A stretch of DNA of 64,000 nucleotides, taken from positions 1 to 64,000 of the forward strand of contig JAHLWZ010000852.1 in assembly GCA_020536535.1 (NCBI GenBank), in the 5' to 3' direction. The notes beneath the pieces are model-generated. The model had not been told where the DNA came from and searched no databases. It saw only the letters and a list, made by a program, of their open reading frames with translations. Source of the stretch: Pelomyxa schiedti (taxonomy: Eukaryota > Protista > Evosea). The position numbers were made by a program, and so were the translations under genes. Of the stretch, positions 21,594 to 34,222 are shown one piece after another. The stretch's first letter is position 1. The number at the start of each line of letters is the position of its first letter.

Positions 21594-24500
21594 TCAACAA
21601 AGCTTCTCTAGGTACTGCGAAATGGTGCGCTGTGTGACCACAGGGGGCGGGTGCTCACACAATATCGCTGCAAGGGCTGACTGGTCCACCAGATTCCTCT
21701 CGTCGCGGAACGGAATTCCGCCAAGTTGGTGCAGCATCAGCCTTAGAGGCCAGAGTGCACAATTGTAGTCGCTGTGAATTGCCTGCATCCACTCCTCGTT
21801 GGTAACCACTTCAAGCCTGCCCTTCCCATAAGTGTGCAGGCTGTAGGCTTCCTGCAGGTGCTCTAGCAGCGGGATCGGCGGTCCCACAATGTGGTACGTG
21901 TTGGCGTCGGGGATCCCGGGGAGTAGCGATAATGCTGCGACTACGGCAGCCACCCAATCCACTGGGGCCAATGAAGCCAATCGGTCAATTTCTGCAGATG
22001 GATTTGGAATCTTTTGCAGTTGCATGGTTGATTTCAGGAATCTGTTGATTGTATCTGTTGGGTTCAGAGCACCGGTTATGCTGTGTCCAGATATAGTTCC
22101 AATACGAAGGACTGGATTGGATTTAGCTTTACAGGTGAATGGAATATATTTTACCTATTGCTTCGAGTCCAGTGGCTCTTGCTTTTTGGATTAGAATTTC
22201 ACTCACTCTCTTCGTTAAACCATATGGTGTCATGTTGAGAAGGCCCGGCCGGATATCAGTCTCTAGAGGCAATTCCAAAATTGGTGCTTTGGTTGCCATC
22301 TCAGAAGATGAAAAGGCACTCAAAGAAGAAATGTAAACCAAACGTTTCTTTGTTTGTGAGGCTGCAAGTTTGATACACTCTACTGTTCCTATTACGTTTG
22401 GCCGCCTGAGGAAGCTATACGGACGTATGGAACTTACTGTAGCACCATTGTGGATAATGAGTGTGGCACTGGTGGCTATGTCGTACCACACTTTTTCCGA
22501 TAGCCCAAAATATGGTTTGCCTAAGTCACCAGAGATGCAGTACACTCGTTCCAGAATGGTGTCTGCTGGAATTTGTACGGAATACTTAAGCAAGCTTTCT
22601 TTCAGTGCTTCTTGCGGTCTGGATGATGAAGTGTCATGAACAAGGCAAAATACTTTCTCGCAGCCGGAGGAGACTAATTGTGCAAGGATATGGACACCCA
22701 AAAACCCAGTGCAGCCTTTTGTTTTTTTAGTTTTAAGGTAGGTAATGACATTGAAGCTTAAACCTGTTAGAAAGCAGCAAGTATGAGTGACCACGACTTC
22801 TGCAGACCTATTGAACGTAGTTATACTCTCTGTTAAGGTAGTGTCATGTTGTAATTCCGATACAGTAACATCAGGTGTAGACAATGAGGATCCAAGTGCA
22901 AGATCGTTAAGAGTCACGTGCTCTGATAAAAGGGCATGGGGAGCCACGTGAAAGGGTAGTGTTTTATTTAGAATTGTGGCCAGACGTATTGCCTGGATGC
23001 TATTAAGACCAAAGCTCCTTATTGGCACAGTTGGGGATGGGTTTGAAATATTCAGTTCTGACACGAGCAACGAATGTGCACTTTGAATGGCTCCCTCAAT
23101 TCTGCATTGAGTGTTGTACTGTAACATGAGTTTTTCAGAGTACTTGGAGTTTAACGCTCTCCTATTCAATTTCAGACTTGGCAAGAATAGGGAGTTGTCT
23201 CCTGTCCAAGATTTACTATCGAGAAGTAGACCACCAGGAATTTCATGTGAGGGTAAACTGAGTGAGCCAGCAATGACTTTGAAATCGTCAGAAATCAACT
23301 TCACCATTCGTGGGTCACTGCAGAGGAAAGAGTTATCATCCATGTTAATTTGCAGTCCCTGAGCTTCAGCGTGCTTCGCCAATACATGGAAATTGGGAAC
23401 TACAACAGCTAGTACACAAGGTAAAAAGCTAGAGACATGAACAAAAACACTCTCCACCAGCTTAGAAGTGGAGTATATTTTTTCCAATTTCTCAGGTGAA
23501 ACCTTATGCTCTTCAACTTCACACAAAGGAAAGAATCAAAAATACCCAGAAGCCTTGAGAAAGTTTGCAACAGAACTTTGCACGATCAATGACTTTTATC
23601 TGCATTGTTTCACTCTTCAATTCGACTATATCTCCTGTGCAAAAGAAACCATCTGACGAAAAGTTGTCTTGATTGCTTGCAGTATTACCAAGATATCCTA
23701 TATACATTTCTGGGGTTTTTACCTAATCACAGTGGGAACGGAGAGGGTGTGAAGAAGTGTTTTCATTTCCTTACCCAAAGAAGGCCTCTGGGCGGTTTGT
23801 CAGTTTTAAAGTAGCCAAGGTCAGGAACATCTTCAAGTCTCACTTGGACGTTGAATCTTATTCTACCATCCACTGCAATTGCTCCGCACTCAGTGGTTCC
23901 ATAACCTTCCCGAACATTGATGGGATAGAAGCACTCCTTCATCCAGTTCAGCACTACATCAGGGGTGGGGGCACCGCCAGTGGATATCCTTACTATCCGG
24001 GGACCAAGAAGTTTACGAAAAGAGATCATGGTTGTCCTTTTTACTTCCTCGATCTCTGTTGAGTTGGTTGAAATAGCCATTTGAGCATTGAACCTGCTTA
24101 AAAGTGAGTCATGTCTGGTCTACTAAAAAAACAACCTTACTTGGAATACAGGGACGACCATATAAAAGGGGGTGCCTGTAAATCTGTGGGACCAAGAATC
24201 GAAACCTCTTGAAAGAAAGTTGCTAAATCACCGGAAAATAAGCCAAGTTTCCCTCCACTTGACATCACTGTCAAAGTGAGGAATAATTGAGCCGACTGAG
24301 AAATTTTAGTTAAACGAGAATGACACTAGAGGAATGAACATAGGCTAAAGGCATGTACAACAGTTGAACACCAGTAGGGGGCGCATCGACGGTCCTATTG
24401 TTGTTACTACAGCACCTCAGACCTCCAAAGTACCTTACATGCATGTTAAGGTTTCTATCTGGAATCACTGCTCCTTTCATCATTCCTTCACTTCCACTCG

Positions 24501-25615
24501 TAAAAACAATGGTGCCAGCTGATGACCATTCTCTTGGAACTATCCTCGGCCAGATAGGTGCGGCATTAGATTGTTCAATGGCTTCATTTAAAGAGGTGTA
24601 ATGAATGCAATTCTGGGCCAGGACTTGCTTTAGACACGGGGATGGTGGTACGCTTTCAAGTACTACCAACCACCGGAAAAGGGGGAAAGAACCTTGGCAA
24701 GTGGCACTCTCCATACTTCTTCTGGATATAATGTGATGGATCATATCAAAGTGTGAAGAGTCACAGAAAATGGCGGTGACATCCGAGTTCACAAGACCCT
24801 CAATTACAGCCTCATTGGATACTTTTGGGGAAATGGGTGCTGTAACACAGCCAGCGAAGGAAGAACCAAAGAAAGAAACAATCCAAGCAACTGAATTTTC
24901 ACCAAGAATGGCTATTCTTGAGCCAGGTGGTATCCGTGCTGTGGTAATAATCCACGATTGAAGTGCACGTGAAGATAAATAGATGTCCCAATATGAAGTC
25001 CACTTATATCCCACAATCCCTGCTCCTTCCTTGTGCACTCCAACGCCAAAGAGTGGTCTTTCCCGCCATAAGAGAAGTGCAGATCTAAGGGACCGAGCAA
25101 AACAATTGTAAACAGTATTTGGATATCCAATCCGTGAAGGAGAGACCACAACCACAACGTGTTTATCTTCAACTGTTTGTTTTAGATCAAGAAAAGTGAA
25201 ACTACAAGCCAACCAAAGTGTTTCCTCCAAGTGTCAGATGAAGCCCAGCACTCTTCACACAAATCAAATTCACCTGTACTCAACTCATCACATGTACTGC
25301 AGTGATATCTCACCCCATCATCCTTGATACCAATCCTAGCCAAAAGAAAAAGGCAGAGCAGGAAAAAGAACATGGACAAAAAGGTGAACCATAACAAAAA
25401 CTGAAAACGAAATCGAAAACGAACCTACAAGCATCACATAGTATAGCAGCCCGTGGTTCCAGTGAAAATTGATCCCCTGCGTCCCTCCCATCATTGTAAG
25501 TGTCCTGTTGGTCATTGCATTTATCCGGCGCACCAATGAATCCTCTACACACGACGCCATCAACCTCGGTTTCCAGGGCCTTCCCATCATTGAGAAACAC
25601 GCTGCCGCACGCCAT
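21594..25615 (-). CDS. Carboxylic-acid-reductase-like adenylation-thiolation-reductase (A-T-R) enzyme with N-terminal ZZ-type zinc finger
   Basis: ZZ: ILCDAC/RIGIKDDGVRYHCSTCDE...FDLCEECW. A domain: FTSGSEGMMKG, YGTTECG, FFCTGDIV, IDRAK, LKLNR. T domain: FGLNSIQAIRL. R domain: TGCTGFLG, HNGATV..PY..LRRPNVIGT, YISS, YGLTK; stop at 21594. Confidence 0.88.
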
Positions 25616-25867
25616 ACTACCACACTACAGCGAGAAAAGCCGAAACAGCCAAAAAAACCTTTCCAAGAAACTAACTTCACAAACAACAGGGTAATCTCTT
25701 TGCTTTGCAATTTGTGAATTGTGTAGTGTAAACCAGTTCAACAGGAACAGTAGTGTTTTCGGCTACTGCTGATAATGTCTGGTGGGTTTTGGATTTTAAA
25801 CATTGCGATGCTCCTCATTCTCTACTCCTTTTGCTCACTATAGTATGATACATAGCCGTAAACAAAA

Positions 25868-28800
25868 TCAATCCTGGCCTGAGGCAGCCAGAGCCAATGC
25901 ACGCCATTTGGCCAAATTGGTCGCAACATTCTCTTGAAGCTCGGATCTCAGGGAAGGCAGAACCTGGCCAATTACATCCGCAAACGGCTGGATTACATAT
26001 TCAATGAATGTGGCTTGGCACTTGGGTATTTTCTGTTGTGTTTGTGGGAGATGAGTCTCTTTTTTTTTTTTTGTGGTGGTTTTTTGTACCGAGTCAGTTC
26101 TATCCATGAAAGGGGATACTGGTAACTTCCCTTTTTTCTCTTCATCACCTTGCCGGAAGAATTCCTAAATGGCAGTAGTTACAATACACCTACACTCAAA
26201 AGGAATTAAACCTCCATGATTCGTTCCGCCCAGAGTTTGGCAATTTCCCAAGGTCTAGTGGCATTGTTTACATCTGCAAACTTTATGAACATCTGTAAAA
26301 CGGCATCTCGTTCGGACTGCATTCTTAGAATACAATACATTTGGATGTGAAAGTAACCTTTTTCTCCCAATCAATGCCTTTAGTCAAAAATTTTGTTTTG
26401 AAGGAACTCAGCAACTCGACATGCCTTGACATATCTGTTGGAATGTAAGAAAAATGGCGGGGAATCGTTTCCAACCAGTTGCTAATACTAACGATGTTAC
26501 AAGCTGATGAAACTCTACAATCTCCTTCTAGTTTGAAATGAGCAAGGAAATGAATAGTGGTACTGCTTACCCTTTCCCATTTCTCAAGGAAATTGTTCTC
26601 ATCCATAAAGAGGAGCTCAAAACTGACAGCTGCGTGCATGTTTTCCAAGATCTTTAAGCAGTCACTTGGTGAATTTTAAAAGAAATTTATACAGATATCC
26701 CATTATATCGTATTGCCAGCCCGTCAAGAGTGGTGTGCAGGTAGTTATTATTGACACCAGGGTGGCGGTAATCTGATTGGGAAAAAAAACCAGTTCACTC
26801 TTCAGAGAAAGCAAAAAAGAAAATACCGTGTATCTAGATTTTTTTAATAAAAATAAAATAAAAGATTTGCGCATACGGCAGAAGCAAGAATAGAGGCAAA
26901 AATTTCTTTATCAGAAATTTTTATTTCGCCAAGACCTCGTAAACACATATGGACAGCTTGACAAACTGAACTTTGTTTACTTATAAAGTCAGGTGAGACA
27001 AAATCGTACCGTCAATGGCATGGAGAGCGCAATGATAGCTGATCTATGGTTAATGAATTTCCACAATCCGAGAATTCTTACGGGTTATCAAAGTAACCGT
27101 CAGCGATTTGCATTATATAGTTTTCGAGCTTTTGTCTGTTGAGGGACAATTTGTCTACAAGGCAATAGAAATCCACTAATTTCATGAAAATACGATGAAA
27201 TACCACCTCTGCAGCTGGTGAGTAATTCAATGTAAGGAATAGCCTTTCATACTGGGAGCTTGTGGGAATTCTAACACATTGAAGTTCCAAGAATTGAGCG
27301 AATGGGAGTCACCAGAATCTTCAATGACAATTTTTATGCTTATGAAAATTTGTCAACCTAACTCGCCAGATAAATTGTGTATTACCTATTTGTATTGGAA
27401 TTTAAAGGAACGCCCTGTTGAATTTGCTCGTTTTCATCAGTATTGTATCGAAGAAGGGTTGTCTTTATGTAATCGTCCACTTCTGAATCCACATCTGATG
27501 CAATGTAACTCAACTATGTCGAAATTGCCAATTTTGTACACACTGAGTAGTCCCATTTGCTTTTTGGAGATGTAATCAGCTTTGTATAATTTATTTGAAG
27601 CAATCAGTCCAATGACTTCATTGAGCTCTTTTCTCATCCGTGAAGTGAGTCCTGCAGGAGTTGAGACTTATATTGTGTTCAGGTCCTCTTACTTCTGGCG
27701 GATTTGATTTCAGATAATGTTTGTATAGCAAATTCAGCTGGTGTATCAAGTACGTTTATGCCAACTTGATGTTCCAGAGCATGAACCTATCTTGATAAGA
27801 GAACCTAGTGGAGAGTACAAAGGAACCTTTGCTCTGAATCGCAAAAGCATTAGGCACATAAGAATTAATGTGATTGACACAATAAAAAGAATCCCACCAG
27901 CAACACTTGACATAATAGCAACCGTAGGGTCTGACTTCAAAACATAGGAGTAGGGTATGAACACGACAAGAGACCAAGGGGTGGCCCTGATAGCACTGTG
28001 CACGAGGAGGTACTTCTCTTTTCCTATGGGCCTCACGTCATAGCCCGTAACGGTGAAGTTGATCTGCGTGCGTAAAAGAGGATACCGAGTGTAGAGAGCA
28101 TTACGTCAGCAACGGATGTGGGAAGCTGGCAGTAAAGTGTGCAATTCTCCACTTGAGAGAAGACAGAATTGGTCAGGGTCGTGCCCGTCAAAATAATTTT
28201 GGAGCTGTCCAGAGCTATGGCAAAGGCTGTCTGAAGTCAACTCAGAGGAAATAACTTCTCTACACACAATTTGGACAGGGAAGAAATTCTTCCAGAAGGA
28301 GTGTTGAAGCATTCAGGGAAAGTTGAACAAACACGCCTCCAATGTAAGTATCATGCATATACACAGGGTACGAAAGACTTACTTTATACACTAGGGGAAA
28401 GTTAGTTTGTATGCACAGGGGAAAATGGTTACAGGCTTGCGTGAGAAATGACGCTGGCCCGAGATATTGTATGGTATGATTGAGGTTATGTATGGGATCA
28501 GCCAAAGGAATGAGAGAACAATCTTGAGGGATTGTTTCAGCAATGGTGTGATTTTCAAGGTTTTGCCAACCCAATGCCCTGAACAATTACACTAAGATAC
28601 TACAAGTGTGATAGTTGGTACCTCAGCCAACAGGCTAGCCCATATTCAGAGCCTCCAGACAATATCCAACCACTTGCTCGGGTAACAGTAGAGAGGAGCG
28701 TTGTACCAATCTCATCTAACAAGTGACTCATTACGTAGGCGTCAATTGCCGCACAATATTGAGGGCAGTCCACACACTCCCCCTGTCCTGAGAGTATTGG

Positions 28801-29459
28801 AAATAATATTAGTTAAGTGTGTCTGTACCATTAAAGTATTTTTGGCAAAATTCTTCCCAGAGGTCAAAACATCTGCACGAGGTGACATTTAATTTCTCCA
28901 CTACCGGAAGCATCCCTTGCCATGCCACAAACTGCATAATTGTCAACCAGGCGAATATTGGATAAAAATTAACCTCAGTGGTCCTATTGGGGTTCTCATC
29001 AGAGAGGTAACCATATTTTGCAGGATGACCACGAGCAGTTGCTTCCTCTTGAGTGCAGTAAAACAAATTTAAAAGTTCGGTATCACTCAGAGAACTAGTA
29101 CTCAGAGTGTTATCCATAGAATTCCCCAAAACACGCATGAGCTATTGCCAAGTCAATGTATTTAAGGGCAGCAAGATACCCAAGAAACCTGGTGTATGTT
29201 CACCAACGCATTTGAGACATAAGTCGCATTCTTTTCCACCTCAGCCAACAATTGAGAGAGAGTTCCACTGTCCAAGTGTGAGGAAGAAAAAAGAAAAAAA
29301 GGAAAAAAAACATGCACCAAACAGCCATAATAAAGTCAGGGGGAAAAAAAAAGTTACACACGAGTTTTCGTAAGTAAGTCCGTGGACCAAGCACACCAGA
29401 CCCATAATCACAACTTGAGGAGGACCCACCAACTTCATCACCCAACCTCGTCCTCTCAT
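25868..29459 (-). CDS. Class I cyclic-nucleotide phosphodiesterase with signal peptide, extracellular domain and single TM helix
   Basis: Spliced PDE motifs DNP/YHCALHAIDV, ILASAV/HDYRHPGVNNNYL..LAIRYNGISV/LENMHAAVSFELL, QATFIEYVIQP. TM: IMSSVAGGILFIVSITLILMCLMLLRF. N-terminus MKLVGPPQVVIMGLVCLVHG. Start codon approximate. Confidence 0.85.
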
Positions 29460-29694
29460 GATGAGTGCACCCCACAAAGAACGGGAAAAACCCTCAGGCC
29501 TCGCTGGCTACCTACGAACGAACCCCCTTTGGTTTTGGTGGTTGTCTGGGCCCACGAACGAACGTTTTTTTCTTGTGATTCGTTGATCAGGCTCAGGCTC
29601 TGGAAACAACCAACGGCCGAAAGAACTGAACTGGCGAAACCCCTTTTCCGTCATTGGGAAATTTGGGAGCCGCGTTACGCTTTTGGCCAAAGAA

Positions 29695-31050
29695 TTAGAT
29701 GCGCGTTACCGTTTTAAGTAGTTCCAGAGGTGCAACATCAGGGAATGACGGCATGTGTTGCAAGATGAGCTCCATGACGTGGGCTGTTCCGTGCTCTTGG
29801 CGTCCAACGAATAGCATTTGTGGGGGGCTGTTGGGAATATCCTCCCCTACGTTTACGAAAGGCATGCGGTCTGTGTGTGGAACCAATGTTAGTTTTTGGG
29901 GGATTTGGCGAGATTGTTTGTGGTTATTTGGGTGGCGAAGTGGTAAGTAATGCCATACCTGAAAGTGGCTTGTCGTTTGCGTTTGGGGAGTCGCCAAATG
30001 CAATGGCTGAATCGAAGGAGAACCCGTATTCAGGGTGACTAGCCATCCAGTCGAGAGGTGATCCTTTGTTTATTTCCTTTTTCCTCAACCAAATACCTGA
30101 ATGTTACATTAGTCAAGCAAAGGGAGGGACACTTGGGATACTGTTAGGGGCGCGATCCACGGAAATTCCCTTGGAATCAAAGAACCCATCAGTGGGAACA
30201 TACTTTTGTGACACAGACTGAACAAAGCCCATCATAGAGATTGTGCAAGTGTGGTGTACTCCTCCCGGAGAGGACACGGGAGGACCGTGCCTCTCCACCA
30301 CAGTTTCGTTGGTCTCACACATAATTGCACCACGTGTGGTAATTTTTTCTATGGATAGGGCTTCCTCCAGAGGGGTAGTTGTGTCATCAACAATCTTCGC
30401 GAAGGGTTTTTGATATTTTGCTGACAATGCCAATAGTGGTGTGCGGTCCTTTCTGAAGTCACGGAAAAGGGCCAGGAGCATCTTAACAAGGTGAAAAGAA
30501 ATAAACTACATAGGGAGCTACCTCCTGTGCCTTCAAAAGAATATCTGGGATTATTTCGTTTTGTATGCAGGTTGTACCTGAGCAAAATGTCTCCCTGAAG
30601 GTTACATCCTCGGATGGAGTACCTTCCTACATAAGGTACTTTGAGAACATTCCAATATAACGAGAAACAAACATTCCCAGTGAACTTGATGATGCATGCA
30701 CCTGAGCACATTGACACCACAACGTTCTGCCTCAATTCAGGTGGTATTTGCTCAACAATTTGGTTGAAAACTCTTCAAAGCATCAGTGATAAATTCAAAA
30801 AAAAAAAAAAGCAAAACAACATAGGGAAAAAAAAATGACACCTTAGGCCAGCAGTGGTAACAACCATCAATTTTCCTCCACTTTTCAACCAGGCCACTAG
30901 TGGTGCGTGCACGGGGCTCGTGGTCAGAGGAGGAAATAAGCCGGTCCGAGGTTTGCACACGAGAGTGTCGTCCATATCAGCAACAAGCCATCTCAATCTA
31001 GAACTACGAACAGGACAACAAGACGGCTCAGATCCGGAAGCACCACTCAT
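29695..31050 (-). CDS. HAD-superfamily hydrolase (class II / phosphomannomutase-like cap)
   Basis: Motif I WLVADMDDTL, motif II MVVTTAG, motif IV AIAFGDSPNAND..L, then MPFVNVG. Substrate unknown. Confidence 0.8.
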
Positions 31051-31233
31051 TGCGCAATAAAGATCTCGTTTGAACGAATTGAATTTCTCTCACAGTGCCC
31101 TGCAACGAAGGAGCTTGCCTCAGGAAAAAGGAACACTGAACTGGGATTTTTTGACACCTTAGAGCAGGGGAATGCTGCCAACGCTGTTCTCAAGGCTTCG
31201 TGTTCAGATCTACAAGCAGTTTTCTTTTATTTG

Positions 31234-33341
31234 ATGTCCGCTGGTTCGCGTGGAGTGTGCCCACCAAGACAGCAACAGCCACCGCAGTCGCAGTCGCAAC
31301 CACAGTCCAAGGGGAAAAGACCCGTAGGGGAGAGTGGATCTGAGGCACTGTGGGAGTGTTTGATAACCGCGGCAGATCCAGTCTCCGCGCTGACGGCATT
31401 CTCGTCTGCGAATGGTGTTGATAGCACATATGGTTGGTGTTTCTTATGGATTGCCTGTTTCCCCCTTCTTACTGGAGAAAAGCAAGTGACTTAACTCCGG
31501 TGCTAAGTCTGTTGGAGTCTCACCATGTGTCACGTGTTACTGTACACCAGGCGCTTTTGGGATCCATAAAAAGTTCCCTTTTGACTGCCATTCCATCAAT
31601 GCCATCCAACAAGTTCGTCCATCAGCCCCTTGCTCTGTTCTCAAATCTCACAGATTGTTAATTCTTCTTCAAGACTCGTTCCCGTACATCCACTTTGAGG
31701 AGCTACGTCCAATTCCCCTTGCTGTTCTGGAAACACTCCGGGAGATACCTGAAAATTACCTTCGGTTCATAGCATCAAATAAGGAGTTATATCAGGTTGA
31801 GGAAATGGTTGGCTAATTTGAGTTTACCCAAACAAGCTCTGTTCAGTGTCAGTTTGGAGACAGATTTGGCCTTTGGATTCTGGGCCTCTGAAAGATGAGG
31901 TCTTGTCACGTAACTGTGTTCATTATTTTTCCTAGCTAATGCTTGTTAAGATTTGTAGCATCATTCGGCCCGTTTTGGAAAATTCTGGTATATGTACAGA
32001 AAATCACGAGTGGTTTGAAAAGGGACTTTTCACAAGCAAAAGTATAGGATCCTACACTTTTTATGCTCAAAGCTAACCTTGTCCCAAAACCCAAGAGCAT
32101 ACCACCAGCGCAGGTTTTTCCTAAAGCCTAATTCATTCTAACTTTATCAAGATGGTCCAATAGTGTCTGCTCTCAGGCGACTTGTTGGGCGAAACAGCGT
32201 TATATACAACCTTGTGGTGGAAATCCTGACACAGCACTTCATCACCACCAGTAATCCACTTCTGTGCACTCTTAGGTCAAATCTCCTCATGTCACTGCAT
32301 GGTGATGGAGTCTCAGAGATTTATGACAAAGACCCCATCCACAACTTTGCCTGGTGTGTGGATGCTTGCATAAAGAGTCCTTCTTTAGATGAAAGGAACG
32401 TTCACAATACCTAAAGTATAACATAAGCAACCTGAGTGACTCTCTCTTAGACGAATACAGGAAGTTTTTTCACATGCCTGTCGCATCTCAGAAGGCAACT
32501 CAAGGAAAATCGGGGACTTAGCAGTCATTATGGCGAATCCCTTTGCTCTCAACGCTTTTTTATCAAGTATTGTTCCTCTATTAAAGTCTGTGGTTGAAAG
32601 AGAACTTGTTCCAAAGGTGAAGCCCCACTTCTACTTCACCAGTGTTGATTATTATATAGGACGACCCGGCGGTGATTCAAGTCACTCGGTTATTACAATT
32701 AGGAATGTCTGTCCATGAAATACTAATGGCCACGGGTCCCTTGAAACTTCCAGAGGAAGATTATCGCACTATACAGGTTTATCCAATCGTTCAACTGATG
32801 TCTTACTCTATCAGAAATTTTATCCTATAATCGCCGAGAAGATTGTTTTAGAAGGATTTGAAGACAACGAACCACTTCACCCAGGTTTCAAGAAGTATAT
32901 GCAGCAAAGTTCTTTGTGCCGAAAGGTTCATCTGAATTTTTTTTATATTGCCCATTAATTCACTGGGTAGTGTGGTCTTTACTACATTGTAGCACGTGTT
33001 CAGAAAAGAGACTTTAAATCAGCATTACCTATGCTGTTGGCTGCTACTGAGCTTGACGATTTGCTGCAGTCTGAATATGAGTTCTGCCAATCGTTAATTT
33101 CTGTGCTGTGTACTCAAAAGGTTTGGCCACGTGAATCGCTTTTTTTAAAACTGTTTCCAAGGATTTCCACGAGGCCATATTCAACACAATGGCCATTCTG
33201 AAGAACCTTGACACCGTTCACACACAGTTGGTCCGATATCTTATACACATGTCTACACACCTTCCAACACCCGAATTATGTAGGCATGTGACCTCACTCA
33301 CCACAGAGTGCGCACTCGGTACCAACATCCCTTTTCAATAA
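31234..33341 (+). CDS. NELFB: Negative elongation factor B (COBRA1) homolog
   Basis: Matches remembered NELF-B segments: ADPVSALTAFSSANG, LVGRNSVIYNLVVEIL...LCTLRSNLLMSLHG..VSEI..DPIHNFAWCVDACI, GDLAVIMANPFALN. 3' end approximate. Confidence 0.88.
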
Positions 33342-33524
33342 TCAGTTGCTCACTCGAAACACAGACCCTAGAACAGTCCAAGTTCCCTACAACACCCTAA
33401 TAGCAAAATCATCCGGCAAACTCACGCCTACAACCACACCATCACTTTTCTCCTTCCTCTCTTTGTAGCATTCCTAAAGAAAGAAAGAAAACCTAGTGCA
33501 CAAAGCAAGGTAGGTCAGTTCATT

Positions 33525-34139
33525 TTAACTCCACCACCATTTGCCATCATCCACATCCTGATATTTTGCCCAGTGGTAAAGGTGCGTAGTTTCTTCAATT
33601 CGCCTGCAATCCAGTGGGCACACAGTTATTTTTGATGCACACTTGTGGCAGCAACACTCATGCCTACAAGGAAGGAACTGAACGTCCACATCAGGTACTA
33701 GGCAAACACTGCAAAGATTGCGCTTGATGTCAGTGTTCTCAGCCGCCACTTCTATCTTGTTCCATGCCCTTACAGCACGCCCAACAAGCAGTGATATCAC
33801 CACCACATCGTCAACGAAACTACAAGAATAAGAGCGATAGAAAGGAGTGAGTGTGTACCCAACAAGCGGAATTATGTCAGGAATGACATCCAGGGGAAAC
33901 AGCAAGTATGCCAGAGCCACCGCCAACAGCCCTTTGGTGAATACGCCCACTTTCATTGCTTCAGACCCAGGAGGTGGTAATGTGGTTGTTGCTGCGGGTT
34001 TGTTGCTGTCCTGCAAGTAGTCATCACCACAGTGGAATAACACCTCCCTTGTCATACGAAGGAGTGCACCTGGAAGAGGTGTGGCCAGTACAAGTGACTG
34101 GGAAACAACGAATCGATACAATGTCGTTAGAACAGGCAT
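33525..34139 (-). CDS. DUF1232/YkvA membrane hairpin + C-terminal C3HC4 (IAP/LUL-type) RING finger, putative E3 ligase
   Basis: LAYLLFPLDVIPDIIPLVG/FVDDVVVI (DUF1232 signature), then CSVC...FLPCRHECCCHKCA..ITVCPLDCR. Confidence 0.82.
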   Translation of the reverse strand: MPVLTTLYRFVVSQSLVLATPLPGALLRMTREVLFHCGDDYLQDSNKPAATTTLPPPGSEAMKVGVFTKGLLAVALAYLLFPLDVIPDIIPLVGYTLTPFYRSYSCSFVDDVVVISLLVGRAVRAWNKIEVAAENTDIKRNLCSVCLVPDVDVQFLPCRHECCCHKCASKITVCPLDCRRIEETTHLYHWAKYQDVDDGKWWWS

Positions 34140-34222
34140 TACGACGAAAACGAAATCTTTTGCTGTGTGTCTTTGCTTTTGTTTTTGTTTTGGCTATTTG
34201 GAGTAGATGAAACTTGGAGCTT

